Shown here: piece after piece, positions 9,825-21,524 of the stretch | Numbering within the stretch: the stretch's first letter is position 1 | How the letters are laid out: every line of letters begins with the position of its first letter | Source of the DNA: Halocafeteria seosinensis | Taxonomy: Eukaryota | Reading direction: 5' to 3' | DNA length: 64,000 nt | Assembly (NCBI GenBank): GCA_001687465.1 | Contig: LVLI01000033.1 | Location: 1-64,000, forward strand | Program-made: the position numbers and the translations under genes | Notes under the pieces: generated by a model | What the model saw: the letters and a program-made list of their open reading frames with translations, nothing else | What the model was told of the DNA's origin: nothing | The model's database searches: none

Positions 9825-12081
9825 CAGTCGTTCAAATAAGTAGGTAACATCGGGGTGTTACCTGGATTTTTGCTCAAGTCATTTTTGGGACTGAGTCACT
9901 GAAACAAAAGGTACTGGGTCAAAAAATTCGGGGAAGACGAAGGGCAAAACGACGCCTGAGGGGGGTCCCATCTTGCCCTTGATATGGGGGCTTGAATTTT
10001 GGAGGTGCGGAAAAAGATCGAAAACCCCGTTACCTGGATTTGTGCACAGTTGTTTCCGCCATTTACACACCAACCGCGTGCCCAATGCAAGCATTGAAAA
10101 CTGCTTCTTAATATACAACTGTTTGCGAGTGAATAGGTGTGAAAACTGTATTTGTACGCTTTTTATTGAGGAAGATACTCGCCCTTAATGTTTTGCGACC
10201 GCGCGGACGTTGAAGTTGGGTACAGAGAATTCAAATGGGGAAACTGGATCATCAAACTCCCGCTGGTAGGCGCTACAATGCCATAATCGTGCACACATGG
10301 ATTCGGAAAGGAACAGACAAAAGCGGCAATCATATCCAAAGTGTTCTTGAGAAGAAGGAGGAAACCATAGCTGCGTATTCAAAGGGAAAATCGGCACGCA
10401 GGCTGGCGTGCGACTGGAGAAAACGGATGAGAAGTCAGCTAGACATCAATAATCTACCTCAACAAGGGCAGGTGATAGAGTTCGAAGTAGCTAAATCAAT
10501 TTACCATCAGATATTCCACATGGATAGATGTGGAAAGGAAAGCTTATCCAAAAATACTTCGTTGAAGCAGACTCATCGGTCTACGCCGAGTTAGCATTGG
10601 CGCATACAGTAAAAGAGATGCGGCTCCTCGGATTTAACGATAAAAGAACACTTACCTAGACCCCCGTTATCTCATCCGATGGGGCAATACTGGTATGACA
10701 GCTCATAGTGCCTGGTTTATCAGTTGGAGAGTAGGAGGAAGAAGCAATGTGGGAGGAGGCAGAGCATCTGAAGTACTGCTCGTGAATCACTCGGCAGGCA
10801 GAAAGCGGTGGCAGCACCAGCGCACTTTCCGCAAGCTAATAGCATCTATCAACACGTATGTGAAATCCCGGATTGCAAACTCGGGCGTGGGGCTCACGGC
10901 GGCAGTTCTCGTAGTGGACTGCGCGGGCACACGTCAGCTGCCGCTCCTGAGGTGTTGCAGGAGTACCCGATAATCGTCCCACTGTTCGTTCCTCCAAGGA
11001 TGACGTCAGTGCTGCAGCCTCTTGATAAGGCGCTTTTCGCTCCATTCAAGAAACTTTCGAAATCGTCCGTCTCCCGGTTCATACTGTCATGTGGCAACAA
11101 GCTCTGCTCTCTTCCTGCTCGGGACAGACCGCTGTACCTTGAGCAGTGCATGGCGAAGAAAACATAATGTAGCACCTTACTTTCGAATGGATTCCAAGCT
11201 GCCTCAAGCGTATGTCTCTCAAAGTTGTTCGTAGAGGCTGGAGTGAAGTTTGTTGTGGAGTGTTCCCTAGGATGGAAAATGGGCTGCACCACTCGCAGGT
11301 CGATTTGGACTCTTCATTCTGGGAATGCCATTTTCAGAAGGCAGGACAATGGCCGAACTTCCAGGAGACTGCCATACTGAAAGATATACTTCACGGCGGT
11401 AGTCTGCCGCACTATGGGATACCTTATCTGAAGAACCTGCGTCATGAGAGGAAGCTGAAAGGACTGGCAGCAAGCACCAACTGGTCGACAGACTGCAGAA
11501 GTACCAGGCAGATGTAGAGGAACACGAGGAATTCGCAGTTGGTGTTGAAGTCGAAAACGAAGAGGACACGGACGCATCTCAAGACGAAGTAGAGGACATC
11601 ATTACTTACGAAGCTGAGGAGAAGGAGGCTTCTGAAAATGACGAGGAAGTCCCGCCGAGGCCGAGCTTGAAGATGAGGCTCCTCCAGATATGGACGCATT
11701 ACTCGAAATTGAGCCATTCGTTAGATACATCGAGGAATTAGATGCGATGGAAGTAAAATGGAAGGGCTATGGCAGCAGAAATAACACCAAAAAACCATGC
11801 ACGAAACTCGTAATAGACCTCGGAAGAAGGCAGTTCGACTCTCTGAGCCGCCCGGTTATGGACCTCTATCAGGAACCGGCCCGTAAAAGGCGCAAATGAT
11901 GATATTCAGCTACTTTTTTTGCACATACATGCTTTTTTACACTTAAAAGACTGGAATACAATGCACATTTTTATTAAACGACCTGCATTGTGCTCTTGTG
12001 TATAGCGTTACCTGGAATTTTGCACGGACATTTTGCAAGTTCAACAAAAAACGAGGTGTTACCTACTTATTTGAACGACTG
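9825..12081 (+). mobile_element. pogo/Fot1-like (Tc1/mariner superfamily) DNA transposon, 2257 bp, transposase frameshifted
   Basis: Perfect 25-bp TIRs CAGTCGTTCAAATAAGTAGGTAACA (9825-9849 and 12057-12081) flanked by TA on both sides. Subterminal GTTACCTGGA repeats near 9857, 10029 and 12007. DDE motifs VLVVDCAG and FVPPRMTSVLQPLDKALFAPFK, about DD35D spacing across a frameshift. Confidence 0.92.
11690..11899 (+). CDS. chromodomain-like C-terminal segment inside the pogo element
   Basis: LLEIEPFVRYIEELDAMEVKWKGYGSRNNTKKPCTKL resembles the chromodomain core (VKWKGY...NTWEP..L). It is preceded by an acidic linker and ends in the NLS-like RKRRK. Confidence 0.55.
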   Translation: MDALLEIEPFVRYIEELDAMEVKWKGYGSRNNTKKPCTKLVIDLGRRQFDSLSRPVMDLYQEPARKRRK

Positions 12082-12849
12082 TACTAGGACGACGTTCTTC
12101 AAGAACATGCCTCGTGGGGGCTCGCGATCCACAGCCCTGCGGCACCACACAGAAGGAGATGTATAACTCTTGTATGTGTCTGTCACTATTTTCGCTTCAT
12201 GCTTCCCTTAGTGTTGGAGTGACCGAGTGAGAAACAAGATACGGTACACTCCTAGCCTAGCGAGGGGAAGGAGTACACGGTGTAGTGTAGTGTTGCCAAC
12301 TACCGGTATGCTGATGGGTAACGGGGTGTTAGGACAACAGGAGATGGGTATCTACAATACGCACGCAAAAAAACCAGCACATGTAGGATGTTAGCATTGT
12401 CTCGTAATTATGGTTAGGTCGTTTCCACTGCATAGGGGCGACGGTTGCGTCGAAGTCCTCCCTTGTTTCCTTCCACACTTAGTACACCACCAACCTGCTG
12501 TACAAGTTGGTACAACTCGAACGGCCGTTACTCCCGCCTATAAGCAGAGCGTAAAGAGACCGCAACTTACGGCCGCATGAATTGAAGTAGCAGCAAAAGT
12601 TCGCACTAGTTGGGTCCTGGACTCCTGGAGCGATCAACATTTTGATCGTACTCGGGGGCAAGTGAAATTCGGCGTGAATACATGTAGACATTTGTAAAGC
12701 CCATTTCGGCTGTGGAAGTCGCGTTAGAGTACATATATACAATGTACTGTGTTGTACACTACAGTATTTGATTTGATAGGCATTTAGTGCAACATCGCTT
12801 AGCGCGATCATGCTATTGGGAAATACCTTTATTGATGCAGGATCGGGAA

Positions 12850-14250
12850 GCGGCGGTGTTGGCGAAACGAGACCAGTCCAAATTACTGTATACATGATCA
12901 AACTCTGCGGGATTCCCGGTGTACGGAGATGGAAGTTAATACGGCATGCTTCCTTTGTGGATTCTCCTGACCATGGTGTTTTAGTGACCGCAATGCTAAA
13001 CGGAACCGCAGTCATGGGTGGAGCTTTATTGCTGATTGCGGGTCAACGAAGCTTACCCCAATTCACAAGCCACCAACTTTGGAGCATGTGGCCGCACTAC
13101 AGATACAGTGTAGTGAACTTTATACACGTTCTGATACTACAGAATAAAACAGATTTCAAACAGTACAACGAGGTGCAGGACCAATATAATCCAATAACAG
13201 GAGTTTGTCGACGGGATCTAGCCCCTGTTATCCCGAACCCTACGTACAACATTGACGAGGTGTGCCGGTTTATCTCTAAACGGCTCCCTAGTCCCATGAA
13301 AGATTGTATGTCGATTCCTCAACTGATCGTGATTCGTTCTTTCGACGTGAACAAGCTGGGCGAAGACGCTGCAACTGAAAGGCGATGTCGCCGGTAGATC
13401 AATCTTACGAGGAATTCCCCGCGTGGGTAATGAGATTGAGGTTCGTACAGGAATTATAAAGGAAGATGGGCGTTGTATTTTCCTATTCTCTAAGATTATT
13501 TCCTGTTCGCAGAGAAAATTTACTTCAGTTTGCGGTTCCCGGTTAACGCCCGCGAGACACCCCGTATTATAAGGAAACCAATAGATATGCTGTCACAGAA
13601 CGAGACATGTCAGCAATTCTTGTGGGATCCCCATTTATTGGGTGCTAGTAGGAGTACGTGTAGGCGCGAGCAAGCTGGGATACTGTATATTCTGCTTTTG
13701 CGGAGGGCCAGGATTGAAGTAGCGAGAGAAGTAGGACAAAGTTCATGCCACAGTACCTTGGGCAAGTAACTGGAAACACACAATTCAACCAAAGCTGGAG
13801 GGCCACATTGCAGAGATCGTGCAGGGTGTGACTATTAGGTCAGGCTTCCCTGCTTGAGGCGGCGCTGAGCTGAGGGCAGAACCAGCTCGGCATGGCATGC
13901 CTGATGATGAATCATGCAACTTCGGTTGGTGTCTACGGGAGAGAGTCAGTTACAAACGAAACCCGTGTTCAGCTTACCTCTGATCAACGCTAACTTCTTG
14001 GCCACAGGAGAGTGTTGAATCCAGTCCCACGTGGACGTTGAAAGAGACATGGCAGCGCAAATGAGTGAAAAGACAATCAGGCTAGTAGAACTCACTGTAG
14101 TCATAGCACTCTCTCCAGCACATTCGACCTTAAACCATTGGGAAAGAACACTCGGACTCCCCCAAATTGCTTCGACATCAGTCTACTGCAGGGTTTAACA
14201 CTACGGTTACCTGCTCCTGTAAGCACAGCAACGACTTCGACACTTATGAC
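12850..14250 (+). pseudogene. highly decayed Ty3/Gypsy pol remnant (protease, RT, RNase H)
   Basis: Degenerate motifs in Gypsy order across frames: protease-like ADCGST (~13030), DFKQYN..PTYNIDE (RT), [10 protein letters not shown] (MPFGLxNAP-like), DESCNFGWCL..P.AY (RNase H). Many stops and frameshifts; boundaries approximate. Confidence 0.45.
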
Positions 14251-14605
14251 GGTAAATTGGAAGAACAGAGCAACATGCGACTGAGTTCCGTTCCACTCAA
14301 TGGTGTAGGTGCGTAGTCTTGGAGAGTTCGTCATCGTTGCCCATTCCGTGCAAGCTTGGCGCTTTCTTCGCTTCTAGCGGTTCAAACGCTCCCCTCTTGT
14401 GTTGTTTATTAGGGCATGGTCCGTAAACAAGAGTTGCACGGGGCGGTATGATTTCTGAAGAAGCCAGCGTCGACTTATCCCGAGCCACCTTTCAAGGCAT
14501 CCGGCCGCAGGTATCGGACTGGGACTGGGTGCTTCGGTTGACGATCCCATTAGCTCGAAGAGTGGAGAGTCCAGCGTCCAGTAATACAGCAACAATTGGT
14601 TTGAG

Positions 14606-16489
14606 CTAGTCGTCTCTCTTGCACGGAATTCTCCTTACAGGGACAGGGAGACGCCGCTTCCCTTGGTCTAGCCCCGTCAGGCGTTTTACTCGCACCGATA
14701 TTCCCGAAGTCGACGTATCTGGCATTGAAGGACTCATTGGAGCTCCACTCGGGACTGGAGGTGTTGGGCGTGCGTGTGTTGAGTTGATCGACGATTGCAT
14801 TAGCTGAAAGCGCAAAATGGGCAAAGAATCCGTTCCATTAAGAGCCCAGATTTCATTATCCCACTTCTGTACGCCCTCAACTTGATACAGTTGACCCCGT
14901 ATAGCATCCAAGGTGTTGGAAATGGCGGTTGTGTTGAAAACACTCTCTTGACCGTCGTCTCCCATCATACTCGCCCCATTTGAGCCATTGTACACCGAAT
15001 ATTTCACTTGTATAAGTACACCGCTTGGGTTACCATTTATATCTCCAATGATTCCATTAGCACTTGGTTCTTCGACAATACCGGATGCATACGTATTTGT
15101 TATGAGTAGCTTGCCTGTTGCTTCGTTTTTCCAAACCCCTGTGTCTGCCCCAGTAATCCCTCCTGCTCTATCACCCTCAATATCTCCTCGCGTATAACAA
15201 TCTCGGATGTGTACTTCACCATCCTTAACTGCTGTATGCATTCCAGTGATACCACCACTCCTATCCCCATGAATAGTTCCTGTGGAATATGATTGCGTGA
15301 TATACACATGACCATTGTCAACACCCGCCGAAGTTCCACAGATACCACCCGCATGATTTCCTTCAATCATCCCAGTGGAGTAACATTTGGTGATATTCAC
15401 GGTCCCGTCATCCGATCCTACACTTAGTCCTGCGATACCACCTGCGCTCCCACCTTGTATTGTCCCCGTCGAGTAGGAATTCAATATCTTAATGTGGCCT
15501 CCGTTGCGACCCGCTAGACGACCACATATACCACCACCAAATGCAGCAATCTCTCCTGCTGAGCTACATGAATCCACGATGAAATATTTTTGGGATCCTC
15601 GAACAATAAATCCACCATCTTGTGCAATGTTCCCATTCTTGACATGGACATTCCGGATCAACGGAGCTTCATCCAGGGATTCAATGTCATCACCATTATT
15701 TTCAACCCGGAATAATCCTTCGAAGCCTGAAGTCCCTCGCAACTCAATGATATATCCGTCGCGACCACCACCATCAAACGTCTCATTTGCCTTAAGCGTG
15801 ATGTGAGTGCCAAAATTATAATGATGATCCTCCCAGTTGAGGACACTGCAGTTCATTCGGAAGAGTTTGTCATGCCCGAAATACTGAAAACAAGTTTCAC
15901 GGCCGTCTAAGATGCTGTCGCGTAAATCTACGGATTGCTGTGCGAGCAACTTCGCGGGGAATATCAGCAGAGCTGTCAAAGTGGTGAGATACAGAAGCAC
16001 TGGTTCAGAAGCCATAAGACGAGCTGGTATTTTACGTGTTCCCGGTTTCCTACTGGAAAGTCCGCTCAAACCTCCGTTATGTTTTTCTGTTTCCTTACCA
16101 TGTAAGGAGTTACTTGGTGACGTCTTGTGGTATCCAGTCACAGGACAGGATTTCGACTCTGTCTGGCGATCCACTAACATGTTCATGGAAGTAGGAAGGA
16201 AGGCTGCACCAAGAATGACTAGACAGGCTAGACATAATGGAGGCACTTGGAATTCGATGCTGACTCTCTCTGCCGAGGAACGCATGCTATAGTTACCACT
16301 GGTACTGCTCACAGACAGTGACTTTACAAGCTGCTGTTTGTTGCTTCTAACGAGGAAACCTCCGTCCGGAAGCAAACATTTCATATCATGAAAGTGAAAC
16401 ATGTCCCCTTGTCGGTGGCCCGAAACTGCAGGTAGCATCGTCGTAGGCTTCCGAGGCGGGTCCAGCGGAGGCTGGAGCTCGAGCGACAT
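14606..16489 (-). CDS. secreted GLUG-repeat protein with short Pro/Ser/Thr tail (head-only family member)
   Basis: Hydrophobic signal-like segment before DLRDSILDG..CF, then FDGGG, GLF, repeated CYSTG.I.G..AGGI.G, and W....LPILRFQ. No TM. True start uncertain. Confidence 0.8.
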   Translation of the reverse strand: MSLELQPPLDPPRKPTTMLPAVSGHRQGDMFHFHDMKCLLPDGGFLVRSNKQQLVKSLSVSSTSGNYSMRSSAERVSIEFQVPPLCLACLVILGAAFLPTSMNMLVDRQTESKSCPVTGYHKTSPSNSLHGKETEKHNGGLSGLSSRKPGTRKIPARLMASEPVLLYLTTLTALLIFPAKLLAQQSVDLRDSILDGRETCFQYFGHDKLFRMNCSVLNWEDHHYNFGTHITLKANETFDGGGRDGYIIELRGTSGFEGLFRVENNGDDIESLDEAPLIRNVHVKNGNIAQDGGFIVRGSQKYFIVDSCSSAGEIAAFGGGICGRLAGRNGGHIKILNSYSTGTIQGGSAGGIAGLSVGSDDGTVNITKCYSTGMIEGNHAGGICGTSAGVDNGHVYITQSYSTGTIHGDRSGGITGMHTAVKDGEVHIRDCYTRGDIEGDRAGGITGADTGVWKNEATGKLLITNTYASGIVEEPSANGIIGDINGNPSGVLIQVKYSVYNGSNGASMMGDDGQESVFNTTAISNTLDAIRGQLYQVEGVQKWDNEIWALNGTDSLPILRFQLMQSSINSTHARPTPPVPSGAPMSPSMPDTSTSGISVRVKRLTGLDQGKRRLPVPVRRIPCKRDD

Positions 16490-17449
16490 CTACGGGGACA
16501 ACAAAATATCTAAAGGTCTGGCGGGAGGAGACGGATGGAGAGAAAACCCGACGCCTGGAGACCCAGTCCACTGGTTTTGCAACGCCGAGCACCAAGTAAC
16601 AAGAGCGAGGTCTTAGCGTACTATTGGGTACACCATTTTCCGTCCATGGCCACGACGACAAAACAGAATTTTCCATCTTAGTTTTTGTCGCTAGTGTCTC
16701 ATCAATGACAGACCGTTCTACCAAACTTCCAGTCGTGGCCGGAATGGATCGGTCTGCAGCAACAGTCTCAGCCAGGGTGGTAGATTGAGGAAGCGCCAAA
16801 GCAACACTGGTTGTAGCAAGCAGCACAGAATATAAAGGGAACAACCCAAGTGACATTTCCCTCGCGACCATTTTAATCCTTCTCCCACTCTATCTTTTTT
16901 TTCTGTGACAGATGGCTTTCAAAAATAATCGTCAGAGCAAATACAATCCTGGACAACTTGACAAAGAGACACTACTGGAGCCTCTTGTTGCCTGTCTGAT
17001 GTCGGTTGACGAGCTATATCGTTGTCTAAAGCCACGCAAAAGATACAAATCGAGAGATATGAAAGAGTGCCCCAATCTGCAACCAGGTAGCTAGGGGGCA
17101 ACGAATCTGTCCTTCGTCCACTCAATGTTTGAACGCGATATATACGAGAGATAACAGCTACTGTAGTTGGGCCCCGTCTTGTCTTGAAAGCTTCGTGCTA
17201 CCAACCATACATGTGAGAAAGAGAGCACGAACGAACCTGTTCGAAGCGATTTGTGCGAGCTCTGATATCAACCCAGTTCGGCTGTCTCTGTGTGCGTGTG
17301 GATCAGTAGCCACTGTTGTTCAAGAACATGCGTTGCTTGCGTACGCCGTACCGGTAAAGTCAACCAGGTCTGAAAACCTCCCGGGATAATAGTCCGAGGG
17401 TATACAGGACGAAAGGGCACATGCAATTGTTGTATTCATCGGCGTTCGT

Positions 17450-19900
17450 CGTTCCCGCTTCATGTTTCCATCAGTCCTTGCTGAGCACTTAGCTTGGGTC
17501 CTAGAACCAACAGCAGCTGAGCCGAGGAGGGGGATGAAGAAGTCAGATATGCAATCGGATATGGATATTACACACGCAGGTAAATGACCGTACTCATGCA
17601 AATTTGCAGAATGTTACCATTGGCGTCTTTCTATTGATTACGCATAGCTGGGAGTTGAATTCCCGGCGGCAGTTGTGAATTCCTACTCTGGTTCCCACTT
17701 AACATTCTAAAGTAGAATTTCTAATGTCGTTTCATGGCCCTTCATAGTGTGGCAAAGGATATCCATTTGGACCCCCTCAATTGCGAGGTACCAACCAATT
17801 GAGACAGCAATGGTGCCTTCGCAGTATCTGTTCCGTCTCCAACTTCCCCTAAAAACCCTTTGAGAAAGCTCTACCGTTCGCCGAAAGTGTTTGGACAGAG
17901 TTGAACCGCAGTTGCTCGCGCCCCTAAGCACGGCTTCAAAGTGACTCAAACAATACCAAAGTAGGCGTCATCCTTCTGTGGTAACGATGCAACTCTGGTA
18001 GAATGTATTAGCAGCACCACGGACTGTCCAACCGAAGGCTCGTCGGGTGGAGGAGTCTGCATACAAACTTCGTAGTTCCTAGATCCATTGGTTGTATGAT
18101 CAAGTGCCTGCATGACAAGGGGGTAACGCGCCGGTTACGCCTCCGGAATCAAGAATACATACACCAAGCAATGTAGGAGTGTTCGAGTTAGCGGCGGCAG
18201 TTACGCCTCTCGAACTCCTTCCATGTCGCGTTCCACACTGAAGTAAAGCATCAGCCTACTGTAACACTCGAACGCCCGCTACTTGCGCCTATAGGTACAG
18301 CGTGAAGCGACACCAATTTACGACAGCATGGATTGCAGTAGCAGCCAAGTTCGCAGAACTTCGCACTAGGAGGGTTGTCGAGCGACCAAGATTATACTCG
18401 TGACTTGGTAGCTCCAAAGTCGGCAGTAGTGTCACTAACTAAATACAAGTCCTATGGCACTAACACCTCCGGCATCAAGAACACACACACGACCAATGTC
18501 AGTCACTCTTTCTATCCACACTGAATATCTCTCGTCGTATACATTGATCTCTGTCCTCCATCGAGATGTCCCGGGCCAGAGCGTAGCCAGCAACAAACCC
18601 TGAAGCAAACACTTTAGTGCTTGAATTGAGCAAACCCAATCGTTTCAGTTGCGACCCATTTACCTATCTCAGGACTGACAGCTAACCTACTGAAGGAACT
18701 CGTACTTGCCATGCGCCAGCGAAATTGCTCCCATGTCGAGCTAAACCATGAGCATGATAAAGCCAAACAAGTCAATACGCGGTCGGGGTGGTAAAACAAT
18801 ATTTTCGAACTAGGCTTCGATCCAGTGTTGAGGAAGTGAATCTTGATGTGCAGCATCATGCTAGGTTTCCACTTTGCCGGTTGTCGACGACGGAACAGAG
18901 GACTGGACAACTCGACACAAGCAACTTTAGGCATTCGACTCTGTAGCAAGAAAGTAGGAACAAGAGGGCAAGTTGCTGTTGGGTTCCGTCTTCTCGAACC
19001 CTTTCGGTGAGCTGTCTTCTTGTTCCATCGACAATTCGTCATGGTTGAGTCGTGCATCGGAGAGATATACAGAACGCTTCGCTCGCCTGAAGGCCCTATT
19101 TCTGGCTGCGTGCTGGAGGGCATAAAGGCCTTATCATAAGTGCTAGCAAAGAAAAGGCCGTTGACCTCGAGGAAGTCTATCTTGGTATGTAGCATACTTA
19201 GACTCCACTTTGCCCCAATGTCGACGAGGTGGTATGGTCGCCGGGAAACAGCGTTCCCTCAACGAGGCTAGGCATTTGGCCCTACTGTTGGGAAATAAAA
19301 GAAAGGAGCTGGCGCCTCAGGCCCTCAGAGTTATCTTCTGTCAGTCTCCAGGTATGTCTTCCTCGTTCGGCAATATACAATTCTTCATCATCATGGAATA
19401 GCTCCCTTCCTGAGGGAGGATACTCGTCATTTCCTGGATTGCTGACAAGGGGGCCAAATACAGTCATCCAATCCAACCACTATGCACTTCTCAGACTCGT
19501 AGCTCAGGTTGTCCGAGTGAGGTACGGAACGCCATTAATGTAAGTCATATTCAGTATGAGTTCCTGCGCGCCTCCATGGAGCTTAGGAGCTCAGCGAGCG
19601 GGAGTTGGTCGTCTATCGCAAACATATCCCACCGGATCAAAAACCCAGAGACAAGCCGGACGGTTCCGCAAGTCCGAGAAAAAATCTAATCCTTTCCGTC
19701 CTATACCCCCAAAAGTCTGAAAAACCACCGCTTGTGAGCCTCCTGGCAAACTCCATCGTACTTACGACATTTCAGGAAATCCCATGGGAACCAAGGGAGT
19801 ATAAGCGAATTTGCTCACAAATACGTTGAGAAACGTCCGTGCCGGAATAATCGGTTCTTCATGTGCTATCCTTGTGGATGGACGATACTCAGCGTGCTAT
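17450..19900 (-). pseudogene. decayed Ty3/Gypsy pol remnant (RT to integrase)
   Basis: Minus-strand fragments RKYDG (KKDG-like), CIVVGLDDCI (YxDD-like), LHTKIDFLE (IxFLG-like) and PHYEGP (GPY/F-like), in the expected order. Heavily degenerate; boundaries approximate. Confidence 0.4.
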
Positions 19901-20929
19901 GACATCCGTGGCATCAGATCACGCGCTAGCTTCAGTGATGTGCTTGTGAAGCTCACGTAATAGGCTCTTAGGCAAGCCATGCGCACTGACGCTCCACTCG
20001 ACTCGCCTCTGACAAACAAGACACNCCAAGTAGGGAAGACACGACTTCCTTCTTCCCGTGGTATGCCACTGGGGACAACATACAGCATAATACCGGCTGA
20101 AGCTGCCGAACTTCACAAACACCGGGGAACCAATCATCGTCTATCCATCTACTTTGCGGGTCCTTAGTTTTGGAATTCAGCAGAGCTAAAGCCCGTTCGT
20201 AGGGTGTCAGCCTGTCAGAACATTCCTCTTGTAGCTGCTCTGATATTTGAGGCAGTCCAGATACAAAATCATGGTTGGTGGTACACTAAAACTCAGAACT
20301 CTGAAACGACCTACCTAAGTGTGGGGGTGCCACCTCGGCCAAAGTGCTACAGACTAGACGCCCTGTCTCAAAGCATACTCTCTAAGCGCAGTTCGTCGTG
20401 GAAGCTCCCGAGTATGCCGATCAAACTCGATGTGTTCTTGTAATCGGATGGGTCTACTACTGCTGGGGTTTACTGCTGCTCCCTTCCTCTAACCTAGGTC
20501 ATTCAATAGTGCATCGTTGCTCTGCACTTGCTCGCCCGAGAAGATGGCATGCACTCTGCCCACTACGAATGGACGGATCAACAAATCTTCACAGTGCAGC
20601 TTCCTCCTTTGGAAAGGATGCTTGTCGAGGTGCCTCTCCGTCCATCCATACATGTATAACCATCGACTGTCTTCTACTATCCGGACAGTATGTATGTGGG
20701 AGAGGATACCTGCGTTCCATTCATTTCCAGCCCAATTGATATCCGTCCCCATACCGTCAAATACTGTAGATAGCAGCGTCCTTCAGACAGACTTCCTTAG
20801 CTCAGATTGGAAGTATGTAGTTTGGAGCGTCATCCATATCATACCAAACCCCTGTATGGCCATACACGTCTATGAAACGCAGGGGAGCTCTATGCTGCCA
20901 AGTGGTGGGATGATACTACATGTGTGTCT

Positions 20930-20931
<2 letters not shown>

Positions 20932-20976
<45 letters not shown>
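20932..20976. repeat. (AC)n microsatellite
   Basis: About 22 perfect AC units. Confidence 0.97.
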
Positions 20977-20979
<3 letters not shown>

Positions 20980-21524
20980 CGGTATGTGACAGATAGTGCC
21001 TGGAGGAGTAGTCGGTGCTTTCTATACACTCGTTGGAGACAACCCTTTGGCGAAATAAAGGTGGACTATCTATAGCATCGGATAATGGTAGTTAGGATGT
21101 GAACTGACTGGACTAGAGATTCGAACAACTCTTGGAGGTTCATGGAGTCCGTTACCTCCTTATCCGGGCTTCGAAAATACGGTTCTCGTTCTCAACGCAC
21201 AAGCAGTACAGTAATGTATGAATGCAGTTAGTTTTTTTTTCTTTTTCTTCTCGTTTATCCGCAAGTATGATTGGATTTTCTGTACAGTACTGTATGCGGA
21301 ATACTCTGCACATATATGCGTAGAATCCAAGAGTGCGCGGCATGGAACTACAGAACACGATATTTCATCATCCCAATCTCGGGCGCTGTCATCTTGATAT
21401 AGCTGAACTCGTATGAGCTACATCAGGGGGGGTGCATGCCCCTCTAGGTGAACTCGCAAGTCGCGGTGCGAGACCCTCAAAACATCTCTCCTCGGGCCAA
21501 ATCCGAATGAGACAGACAGATATG

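Noticed and set aside
10808..10930. CEIPDC...H as a zinc finger in the pogo element
   Set aside because: It is in the alternative frame overlapping the DDE core upstream of the frameshift; probably coincidental.
12100..20900. Intact LTR pairs or an endogenous virus/virophage around the pol remnants
   Set aside because: No long direct repeats, and no capsid, packaging ATPase or polB motifs could be seen by eye.
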